Below are positions 35,378 to 46,900 of a DNA stretch of 64,000 nt, one piece after another. This stretch comes from Phaeosaccion multiseriatum (taxonomy: Eukaryota > Protista > Ochrophyta, other classes), in the NCBI GenBank assembly GCA_965112735.1, contig OZ218961.1, positions 806,001 through 870,000 of the forward strand, written 5' to 3'. How positions within the stretch are numbered: the first letter of the stretch is position 1; each line of letters begins with the position of its first letter. A program made the translations under genes and the position numbers. The notes beneath the pieces are model-generated. The model did not search any database, was not told where the DNA came from, and was given only the letters and a program-made list of their open reading frames with translations.

Positions 35378-35425
<48 letters not shown>

Positions 35426-35779
35426 GTCGTCGTCGCTATCGGAGAAAGGAGCAGCCCTTCTGGCCTTCGTAGAAGCGATGCACTCTTTCTTTCTTGTTGC
35501 CTTGATCATGACAACCCTGGCGGCATCAGAGGGCCCACAGGCGCTCGCGACGAGGGGTCTGACATCTTCGAGTCACTGTCTCTTCTACAACCCTCAACAG
35601 CAGCCTCAGCAGCAAAGCAGCAGCACCTCAACAAAACAATAGGCCCAAAACAATGAATGAATGCCCTTCCTACTGTACCCTGTCTTCAGTGCCTTCAATG
35701 TCCAATGTCGAATGTTCCATGCTCTACCCTAACACACCCTAACCCCACGTGTATCCGTGTAACCGTCCGCGATCACTCG

Positions 35780-38223
35780 TCACCGGTCTTTCCGGATGAA
35801 GACAGGCTTCTCCAACAGACCAATGTCTCTTTCGATGCTGTCGAGCTCCTCCTCCAGCCGTAGCTTCCTCGCCCTCCTCCCCCCCTCGTATTTGGTGAGG
35901 TGACACAGGCGCTGGTACTCGGCATTGGTGGTGTCCCATTTGTGCTGCATTCCATCATGGCGTGTGGGTGGTACATGTGTGTGACAGTTGGTGAAGGCAT
36001 GAGGCATGGGATGGGGACGAAGATGCACTTGGTTTCAGAGGGCACATTCTTGCGCGCAAAGCAAGGAAGAACGGAGGCTACACAGCAAACATGCAAGAAA
36101 GCAAGGAAGCGAGCTAAGCACACAAGCAAGCACGCAATAAAAGAGGGAAGCTGTGCATACAAGCAAGCATGAAAGCAAGGAAGCAGGCAGGCATGCAAGC
36201 AAGACTGATGGGAAAAGCAAAGAGGCATATCGGCATGTCGGTCTGCTAAAGATGACGATAGCCGTCCGTTTCGACAAGTGTGTTAGGCACCCCAGCGGGG
36301 CTTTGTGGCTCGATACGCACGCCCTCCGATCGATCCCTCCTCCCTCCTACCCCCATATGTACAACCAACCTTCATGGATCTTAGGAGGTTGGTTTGCTCC
36401 TTTGGGTCCATGGGCATGGCGGCATCCTGCTGCAAATTGTTGATACCTTTCGATCGATTACGCGTGTGTGCGTGCGTGTGTGCGTGTGTGTGCGTGTGTG
36501 AGTGTGTGTGTACGTGTGTCCATGTGTGTGTGTGTGTGAGTAAAGCAGACATTGATGGCAGTGTATGGTCGCGGTCAGCAGGAAGTTGGTTACGAGGGGG
36601 TTTCGATAGAAGGGAAAGTGCAAGTGGGTGTAGGTATGTGAGGGAAGGGTACCAGGAGGTCAGGAGGGGGGCACGACAAGAGCGAGGAAGGCCTTAAACT
36701 ATGCCCTTCGCCTCTCTCGGGGGGGCCTCCCTTCCTCACCCCCCGTCCCTCCCACATCTCGTCCCGTCTCCTAAGCAAGCAAGCACGCAAGGAAGGAAGA
36801 AAGCAAAGAAGCGAAAAGGCGGGCGCGAGTACGCGATAGAGGCACGCACCTAGCTGTTCCTTGACATACTCGTCGATCATCTCGTTCTCGGCCTTGACCT
36901 CTTCCTTGACATACTGCAGATACTCGGGTACTCGACCGAAGTCCTCCTTCTCCATGTAGTTCACTCGCTGCTGCTGCACCTTGGGCACCGATAGGACTGA
37001 CCGGGCATTGTGGTAGGGGGGGGGGAGGAGGGGTAGTGGTGGTGGTGGTGGTGGTGAAGGAGGAGGAGGAGGAGGATGAGGAGGAGGAGGAAGAGGAGGA
37101 GGAGGAGGAGGAGGAGGAGGAGGAGGAGGAGGAGGAGGAGGAGGAGGAGGAGGAGGAGGAGGAGGAGGAGGAGGAGGAGGAGGAGGAGGAGGAGGAGCCA
37201 AGCCGGCACCATAGGACAGGCGAGCACGCGTGCAAGAGAGAGGGCAAGGAGCCACTCCACTCTACCCCATTCCACTCCCCCCCCCCTCCTCCCCTCAATC
37301 CCAGTCCACCCCACTAAGCACCACTTCATTCGGCTCCACTGGACTCACTCGCGGTGACGGCGTTGGCGGAGATGAAGTTCTTTCGCGTCTTGAGACTTGA
37401 AGGAAGGGGAACCTCCACGCGGGCGGGTGGAACGGGCTCCTGGGGTAGACAGGCATATGGGTGAGCGGCAGGCAGGCCCATGGGTGAGCAGCAGGCAGGC
37501 ATATGGATAGGCAGACAGGAATATGGGCCGAGCCTGACGTGGGGCACGATAGGATAGCTCAAGCAGTGACGATGTGTGTGGATGTGTGTAGGGGGTGTGT
37601 GAGCGTGGTGCGGGGGACGCTGCTGGCAAAGCAAGTCTACAAGGCAGGACCAGAATTGAAACTACAAGCTCCTATGCGCGCGCACATACATGTGCACACA
37701 CGCACGCACACACACACGCACACACACACACACAAACGCACACATGTACCCACACACACGCAGAGAGAGAGAGTGAGACCCTTTCTCTCACCCTTTCTCT
37801 CACCTTGCGTCCAGTCCTGGTCTTGGTCGCACGCCCGCCGCTAGCACCACCACCACCAGCGCCATCACCACCACCACCACTCCTTGCAAGCTCTAGCGCG
37901 TCCAGTGCATTTGCCGCTGCTTGCTCCTTTGCCGTCTGCCGTTGCGTTCTACGCAGCGTCTCTTCGGACATGGTCGCGCTCCGGTCCGCGCCCGCTCCTC
38001 GCTTGAGGAAGCGAGTGGGGTCTGTGGTGGGGTGCTTCATTCCCATGATGCCGCTATTTGCGCCCCTCCTCCTGTCCGTTAAGGAGCTGCATGTGTGTGT
38101 AAGTGTGTGTCGTTGGTCCGCAAGTTTCCGTTGTATGGTTTGGCAGGCAGGCAGGGGAGAGACAACCGGAAATGCGCGTTAGACTTGCCCACACAAATGC
38201 CGCTGGATGTGCCTTTTAGCGGA

Positions 38224-38295
<72 letters not shown>

Positions 38296-39072
38296 GAGGA
38301 GGAGGAGGAGGAGGAGGAGGGGGGGGTGGGGGCTAGACCCCTTAACTGGTTGGTTTCGCGCAACGTCACTCGCCGCCCGCCCTTCCCCACTCCTTTCCGA
38401 GAGGTGGCAAGAGAGAGAGAGAGAGCCTGCTACCTTTTATCGCAGAGAGAGAGAGAGAGCCTGCTACCTTTTATCGCAGAGAGAGAGCATGCTACCTTTT
38501 ATCGCAGAGAGAGAGCCTGCTACCTTTTATCGCAGAGAGAGAGAGCCTGCTACCTTTATCGCCATCGGTAGGGGTCATGTTGGGCCCGCTTCGTCCTCGC
38601 CCCCTTCGGTTTCGTCCCCCCTGCTGTCTGTCTCCTCTCTCTCTCTCCCCAACCCCCCCCCCCTCTCTCTCTGTTGGTCTGTCTGCTCGTCTACCTCTCT
38701 GTCCCTCTCTCTCTGTCTGTCTCTCTCTCTCTGATTCTCTCTCTCTCTGTCTGCCTGTCTGTCTCTCTGTGTGTCTCTCTCTCTGCCTGTCTATATCTAT
38801 GCCTGCCTCACCTGTTGGCGTTTCCCTCTGCGTGCAATGCTCTGAACTTACTCGACACCCGGTGTTGCAGCGCCTTCGCCTGCCGCTCCTCCTCCACTTT
38901 GGGCAGTAGATTGAAGATCGACTCACCCCCTCCTCCCCTTTCCATCATAGCCGCCCCTGCTCGAGAGATCGCGCTACTCTCCTTCCTTCGAGGAGCAGCG
39001 CCACTTCCTTCCCTTGATGCATGTAGTGCTGCCAGTCCTGCCCCCCCTGGGCTGGAGGCCCTCCTTGCTGCG

Positions 39073-39106
<34 letters not shown>

Positions 39107-39146
39107 ATGATGCTGATGCCCCCGACTGTGGCCGAGCGAAGTCCAT
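35780..39146 (-). CDS. ENKUR: Enkurin (flagellar protein), about 6 exons
   Basis: ESIFNLLP..SSKF; PTRFLKRG; KNFISANAVTA; YMEKEDFGRVPEYL; KWDTTNAEYQRL..RKLRLEEELDSIERDIGLLEKPVFI. Confidence 0.85.
38405..38560. repeat. ~30-bp intronic minisatellite (GA)n-GCCTGCTACCTTTTATCGCA x5
   Basis: Direct tandem repeat with a variable GA count. Confidence 0.85.
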
Positions 39147-40977
39147 GTTGGGCTATAGCCCCCCACAGAGCTACTCCCTTCCTCCTTCCCTCACTCCCTC
39201 CCTCCCTCTCCCTCCCTCCCTCACAATTGTACCGCCACTTCCAACTCCCCCCTGCAAAGGTCGGTAGTCTACCGAGCCAGTGCCCTGCGGTGTAAAATGA
39301 GCTCGAGTGCCGCTACCCTCTTGGGCAGGGCACGGTAGCTGTCTGACAGCGAAAGGCTTATGATTGAGGAGGAAGAGCCGAGGAAGGAGCAGAGCAGAGA
39401 GAGGGAAAGAGAGAGAAAGAGTTGGGGTGGGAGGAGGTTGATCGAGACGAAAAAGAAAAAGAGGAGAGGAGGGTTTGTAAATACGCAAAGAAAAGAGGAA
39501 GAAGCCTCTTGTGTGATGAGGAAGGTAGTATACGAGTGATGAGGAAGGTAGTATACGAGTGACATGTAACCCATTTAGAAGCCCTTTCCCACAGAGGTTT
39601 GGCTGCGAGGCAGAGGCTTGTAAGGAGACTTAATTTGCTAGGCTGGGCGAGAGAGAGACGGACGTAAGGGAACAAATGACCTACGCCATCTTCCTCGAAG
39701 AACGCCTCACGGTCTACCTCTTCCACCCTGCAGCAAGACAAAAGCTTTGCACCCACCTGTCAATGGGAGACGTCCTTCTTCTAGTGATCAGTGTTGTAGC
39801 TTGCTCGCTGCTGCTGCTCTGGACTGAGCTGCTGCTGGCCTGCTGCTGCTCCTGCTGCTGTTAAAGGCCCTAAAACCTAGCTCTAACTCCTAGTATACCG
39901 CTACTTCTTAATGCTGTGCCTGCTCCTCTCTGTCGTCCCGAAGCTCCCCCTTCCCCTCCCAACGGCCGTGTAACGTGTAACGAAGATCCAGTTGGAATTT
40001 GCGTTTGCCGGATATTTTATTGACTGCTTGGCACGCACGCCCGCACGCCGCACGCACCCACACAGACTGCCGCATTCCCCCAGTACGATACCCATCCGCT
40101 CCCATTCCTCTCCTCCCCTCTTTCCCCTCCTCCGCCCCCAAGCATGTGGAAAATCACATGCGGTCGAGAGAGCGAAAGGGCTTGGCCTCCTTCCATGGCC
40201 GAGAGGGAGGCCCTCCGTCAAAGACTTACTATGGCTCCCTCAGGCTGACTTTGGCTGACCAAGGGCTTGAGGCTGAGGGGGGGTTGTATGGATGCCGTCG
40301 TAGAAGAGACGGTGGTCCTACTCGTAGCGACGACCTCCAGAAGGGGCACTGCGTGCGGCAGCAGCAGCACTTGGTGATACTGCAGATACCAAAGCGGCCA
40401 GAACAAGGGCAAGGGCACAGTCATAGTATTGTTCAGTGGCCATAGTGGCGAGAGCAGCTGGAGGAGGAGAAGGAGAAAGGGAAGGAGAGGCTGTGGGGAG
40501 AGAGGAAGGCAACACCCACCACCATCACGTTCGACCCTATATTTTCGGGGGGCACACCGTAATCTTGTCCAGGGTCGATCACGTAGGCAGGAGCCGCAGC
40601 AGTCATAACAGAGGACGGGGACCAAAGAAGACACTTCACCTACCTCTAGCTTCCTTTTCGTGTAATCTCCTTCTGTGATGATGCAACTGAGCGTAGTCGT
40701 GGACTGAGGGCCTCGCAGGGCTGTTTGATGGGGCCTCCAACTGCCAAAAAAAGTTCCCGCCTAATCCTGTGTGAGTTTCAGTTCCCGAGGCCCGCGAATT
40801 CTCTTACCAGGCAGCAGCAACTTAATAGCGCAGCGTTAGAGACCTACAGCGCCTGCATGGCCCACACACGCATCAACCCTACACACAAGTAGCTCTGCCG
40901 CTGGGTTGGCTGCTTTCTCTTGTGGCCGAGTGAGGCCACCACTGGCTGGCAAAAAGTCATTCCGCGAGAAACAAACG

Positions 40978-43900
40978 ATGAGTACAGGTGTGGAAGAAGG
41001 GGGAGAAAAACATATAGGGGAGATGGAGGAAACCGGTAAAAATCACAGCAGCAGCAGCAGCAGTAGTAGCAGCAGTAAAAGCAGGACAGCTGACGAGGTT
41101 GATGGTGGTGCCGCCCTGCTGCTGAAGCCAGCAGCAGCAGCAGCTCTCCACACCTTGCTCGGCGGGAGGGCGCAGGAGGTTGTGGACGAGCTCGGGGACA
41201 AGCCTTTCGCCTTTTGGTACGATGGAGAAGGCAACGAGGCGGAGAGGTATAGCTTCAAGCGTATGTGGGATGAGGTAAGCTGTGAGCTGAGAGATGCCAG
41301 CGACGAGCCAAACCAGCATCATGTCATTGCGGGAGAGTGTGGTGCGTGGCCTTTTGTTAAGGTGTTGCCAATTTCCTGCAACGTTAGCTGCCTGGGGGAG
41401 GATCTTTCTTTGTCCCACATCCTTCTTTCTTCTTTATTTACTTCCTCCTCCTCCTCCCCTCTACCCGCTCCACTCCGCCTTCCCTCCACCATTGCCCAGG
41501 CGGGAAAGATCTCCTACCTCCTCCGCGAGGAGTGGCGAGTGCCCAAGGGAGCCACGGTGGTGCTGTGCTACGAGCCGAGCCTGCACTTCTTCGCCGCCTT
41601 CCTGGGCTGCCTGAGGGCGGGCGTGGTGGCGGTGATGGTGTACCCGCCTGCTCCTCCCCTGTCAAAGTCCCTGCCCAAGATGAGCAAGATCGTGGCGGAC
41701 TGCGGGCCCCTGCTGTGCCTCACCGACTCCAAGATTGCAGCTCTGTGCAAAGAGGACAAAGCCAACCAACTCTCTGACTCGCGCAAGCTGTGGCCTGAGG
41801 ACCTTGACTTCAACGCCACCGATGGAGGGCTGTTGCAAAACCTCTTCGCCTCCTTCTCCTCCTCCTCGTCGGCGAGGAGCTTTGACGAGGCGAACGTGAC
41901 CGAGGAGGACCTGGCCTTCCTGCAGTACACCAGCGGCTCCACCGGCGACCCCAAGGGCGTCATGGTGACCTTCGGTGCACTCATGGCCAACGTGTACCTC
42001 ATCAGCTCGCACCCCGCCACGGGAATGTACAACCTTCTGTCGGCCGATCCTGCCTCAGACCAGCAGGAAGAGACGAGAGGCTCTTCCTCCTCAGACCAGC
42101 ATGAGGCGAGCGAGGGGAGTGACGAAAGCAGACCACTCAGTCTCACGAAAGCTGCGCAAACCAAGTTGAGATACATACCGACGACGGGCTTCTCGTGGTT
42201 GCCCCAGTATCATGTGAGTTTGAGTTAAGAGGGCAGGGGCGTGAGAGAGGGGGTTGGAGGGTAGGTGTGGAGGGTAAGAGCCAAACGAGGGGAGTGGAGG
42301 CAACGGAGGAGAAGGAGGAACATCAAGCGCGAGGGAGGGAAGGAAGAAGCAGAGCTCGGTCGTCTTGCCTTTGGTGCTCACGTGCGCCTCCACTTCTGCC
42401 CTGCCTGCTCTCTGTACTTGTCAATGTTGGCATCTGGTGCCATCTCACACAGGACATGGGCCTCGTACTCGGCCTCCTCACTCCGTTCCTGACGGGCATG
42501 ACCATGCACTACATGTCCCCCGTGAGCTTCATTAAGCGGCCCCTGCTCTGGCTGGAGCTCATCTCTCGGCACCGCGTGGAGTGGTCCATCGCCCCCGACT
42601 TCGCCTACGCTCTCTGCGCCCGCTACATGGCCAAGGTGCGCGGCACTCGTAAGGAGCCCAAGCTGGATCTGTCCTGCGTGGTCACGCTGACGTCGGGAGC
42701 CGAGCCCATTCGAGCGGAGACGGTGAAGCGGTTCCAAGAGGCCTTCCTGGGCAGCGGTCTGTGGCCAGGGTGAGTGAGTGAGTGAGTGAGTGAGTGAGCG
42801 AGTGAGTGAGTGAGTGTGAGTGAGTGAGTGAGTGAGTGAGTGAGTGAGTGAGTGAGTGAGTGAGTGAGTGAGTGAGTGAGTGAGTGAGTGAGTGATCAAG
42901 TGAGTGAGTGATCAAGTGAGTGAGTGAGTGAGTGAGTGAGTGCGTGAGTGAGTGAATGAGTGAGTGAGTGAATGAGTGAGTGAGTGAGTGAGTGAGTGAG
43001 TGAGTGAATGAGTAAGTGAATGGGTGAGTGAATGAGTGAGTGAGTGAGTGAGTGAGTGAGTGAATGAGTGAGTGAATGAGTGAGTGAGTGAGTGAGTGAG
43101 TGAGTGAGTGAGTGAGTGAGTGAGTGAGTGAGCGAGTGAGTGAGTGATCAAGTGAGTAAGCGAGTGAGTGAGTGAGTGAGTGGGTGAGCGAGTGCATGAG
43201 TGAGTGAGTGAGCGAGTACGTGAGCGAGCGAGTGCGTGAGTATGTGAGTGAGCGAGCGAGTACGTGAGTATGTGAGTGAGCGAGCGAGTACGTGAGTATG
43301 TGAGTGAGTATGTGAGTGAGTGGATCCGTTTCAGGACAGGACAGGGCAGGATGAGGCACCAACCAGCGCAGCGACGGCCTTCCTGCTCGCTCTCCATTTC
43401 CGGCGGGTGCTTTGGTCTCTAACCTCGTGCTTGCACTCTCCTGTGCCCCTGTCTCTCCGTGACCGGCACACTGTTAGGTGGTTCTCGGCTGCGTACGGGC
43501 TCGCCGAACACGTGGTCTTAGGTAAGAGCCCGTCCCTGGACGAGCCGAATCGACGATGCGGATGAGGGCTTATTATGACGAGCGGTAGTGATCAGTTCAA
43601 AGCCTCATCCACCCCTCGTCCTCTCGCCCTCCCCCCCTCCTCTCCATCGCTACTCTTCTCCCCAGTGTCGTGGGCCAATGTCATCGCTGGGTCGTCCTCC
43701 CATCCCGAGCTCACCAGCGTCGGCTCCGTGGTCGGGAGAGCGGACGTTATGGACATTCGTATTGTCGATCCTGACACCAAGGTCGAGGTCAGCGAGGCAG
43801 CTATGGAGGGGGAGATCTGGATCTCCTCGCCCTCCGTCGCCGCCGGATACTGGGGCAAGCCCGAGCTGTCACAGGAAGTGTTCCGAGCGCGACTCACTCT

Positions 43901-46900
43901 CCCAGGGGGGGACGGGGGGGGCAACGGCGGCTCGTCTCCTCACGAGTACCTGCGGACAGGCGACGTGGGGTTTGTGGAGGAGGGGCTGCTGTACATCTGC
44001 GGCCGCATCAAGGACCTCATCATCTTCAACGGGGTCAACCACTACCCGCAGGACATCGAGTTCGCCGTGCAAGAGGCCTCTGACGCCGTTCGGGAGGGGC
44101 AGGTGGCAGCCTTCTCCTCTGACGAGACGGGAGGGGACGGCGTGCTGGAGGTGGTGTTCGAGATCCACCAGGAGCGAGAGAGCGAGGCCCGGGCAGTAAC
44201 GGAGGCCGCCCACGTGGCAGTGTCGTCGTCTGTGGGCCTTAATGCGGCCAAAATGGTGGCCGTCAAGCAGAAGACCATCCCCAGGACCACGAGCGGCAAG
44301 ATCCGACGGCGGGCGACGCGGCGAGCGCTCCACTCCGACAAGCTTCACACCATACACGAGCTGCTCAGCGAGGAGGACAGCCACCACCCTGCGATCACAG
44401 ATGGAGGTGGACAGCCACGCACCATTCACGAGCTTACGAAGGACGGTGCCGCGTGTGGGGATGGGGATGGGGTGGAGAACGATACCTCTCCATCCGGGTT
44501 GGTAGTCGCGTCTCTTCAGAAGCAGGATGAGGGGCAGGAGCAGGAGGAACAGGAGCAGGAGGAACAGGAGGAACAGGAGCAGGAGCAGGAGGAACAGGAG
44601 CAGGAGCAGGAGCAGGAACAGGAAAAGGGGCAGGCGCAGGAGCAGAAGCAGGTGTGACAAGGCAATGGAGGCGACTTGAAGAGAGAGAGAGGCCATTATG
44701 TGAAGGATAGCTTCTTGCCGTCCCTCTCGCTTCGACCTATCAATTGTGTGAAGGATAGCTCCTTGGCTAAAGCCCCCCTCTCCTTCTGCCTTTTTTGTGT
44801 CCGTTTCCGTCCCCACGTGGATGCATAACACTGCAGGACCCTCCTGTTCAAACAAGAAGAAGAGTGAGCTTCGAAGACGAGGTCCGGCGAGGGTTGGAAG
44901 GAGGCGTGTACGTGAGCGCATCAGTCGCCCTGCACGAGACAGCAGCAGCAGGAGCAGCAGCAGCAGGAGGAGGAGGAGGAGGAGGAGGAGGCTCCCCTCC
45001 ACCCTCCGCAAAAGAAGGGGTGGACTCTGCGTCGGAAGCTTCTTCTGCTTCGGATGCTTCTCCGTCAGAAGCTTCAGCGTCGGATGCTTCTGCGTCGGAA
45101 GCTTCTTCTTCGTCGGACGCTTCTCCGTTAGAGCCTTCTGCGACAGATGCTTCTGCATCAGACGCTTCAGACGCTTCTGCGCAGGAAGCTTCTTCGTCAG
45201 ATGCTTTTGCGCCGGAAACGGCTTCGTCGGATGCTTCTGTGCAAGAAGCTTCTTCCTCAGCTCCTTCGTCAAATGCTTCTCCGTTGGATGCTGAAGACTT
45301 GGACTCTGAGCTGCTGCGTGAGGAGTTAGCGAGTTTATCGCCGGAGGGACGTCAAGCAGTGGTGGTAGCTCAGGTCAAGCAGGCTCTGATGGAGTGCACT
45401 GGCGAGGATAGAGTCAGTCGAGCCGATGCATCGACCCTTCTCAGTGAGGTTGGTGTGGACCCGCTGATCTGGATGGAGATGGTCAAACGCCTCTCTGCAA
45501 GGGGCTACCGGCTACCTCCTTCTCCGCTGATGGAGCGTCGCACCCCGGGGCAGATCGCGCAAGACTTGCTTGGGGTTTTGTTCCCCTCCAACGAGGCCGT
45601 AGCCACCGCCGGTGGGGCAGTAGCTGGGGCGGCCGAGATGGCAGCCGATGGCGACGTCGCATCCAGTCGAGAATCCAGCAATCGCAACGGCGTGGATGGT
45701 GGTGTAGGAGACGCGGACAAAGGGCCCCTCGTGGGGAGTGAGGACACGGACAGCGAGGAGGATGCCGAAGGAAGTGATGGCCAGGGGTGCTTCTTTTCAT
45801 CCTGTTCTGCCATTCCCAGCTTCTGCATGGGGGTGGTGGCGATGGTGTACAGCTCACTGGCGGTCGCATTGTCTGCCTTCCCCGGTGTCATTGTGCTGGA
45901 GTCCATCCTGTTGGACAAGTGGGGTAGGTGGATCACTTTGGCGTGTGTGCCTCTCGCCTTCCTCTCGTGGGCGGTTCTGCTCATGGTGGTGGTGACGATG
46001 ACCAAGTGGGCGGTCATCGGCAGGTACCGGGCGGGGTCTTATCCCATCAATAGCGGGTACTACTTCCGCTGGCTCTTTGTGGATCGCGTGACGGACTTTG
46101 CGTTGCAGCGACTGCCGCTGCATGGGAGTGTGGTGTGGACATGGTGGCTTCGCGCACTCGGAGCAAAGATTGGGCATGGGTGTCGCCTGCATTCGGTGTC
46201 CGTATCGGAGTTCGACTTGGTGCACTTGGGGCCGCAGTCCACTGTCGAAGAGTTTTGTCGGTTTCGCCCCGCGGTGATTGAGGACCGCCATCTCCTACTT
46301 CGAAAAATCACAGTTGGCGCAGACTGTGTGGTTGGTGCTTCGTCTCAAGTGTTTGGGGGCGCAACCATGGGCGACATGGTGCGGTTGCGACCGTCCACGG
46401 CAGTCAGCGGGCGGCGTGGAGCCCTGGCCCCGCACACAGAGTGGAGCGGCTCTCCGGCAACGCTTTGCAACAACCTCGACAGTTACAGGGATGGCCCTAA
46501 CAACCGCGACAGTTACAGGGATGGCCCTCCTTCTTGGTTTCCGGCAACGACACGGACAGGCGGCAGCTTTGCTTCTTCGAGAGGGCGGGATCGGGATGAG
46601 CTCGAGAGTCTGAGGAGTAGCGAGGAGTTGCTACACAGCGATGGGTTGGGAAGCGCTTTTGACTGTGCTGGGGCTCTGCCTGGCGGCACTGTGCATGGTG
46701 GCCGCCAGCATTCCCGCGTACGTTCTCTGGGGGGCGGTGAGTGAGGAGTGGGGTTTGTTGGGAACAAGCGTACCCGACTATCACTCTCTCGACATGGGCT
46801 ACCTCGTCGCTGCATTGATCGTCACCTTCGATCTTGCGCTGGTGCCGCTCCTTCCCATTGCGCTTGGTGAGGGTTTCGTGGGCTCTCTTGCTCCATTGAA

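Noticed and set aside
39150-40970. Several short ORFs between enkurin and the NRPS-like gene
   Set aside because: No recognisable motifs or consistent splice pattern, so treated as intergenic or UTR.
43869-45272. 467-aa minus-strand ORF with QKHPTKK repeats
   Set aside because: Antisense shadow of the NRPS-like gene's low-complexity DAS/EAS linker, with no independent motifs.
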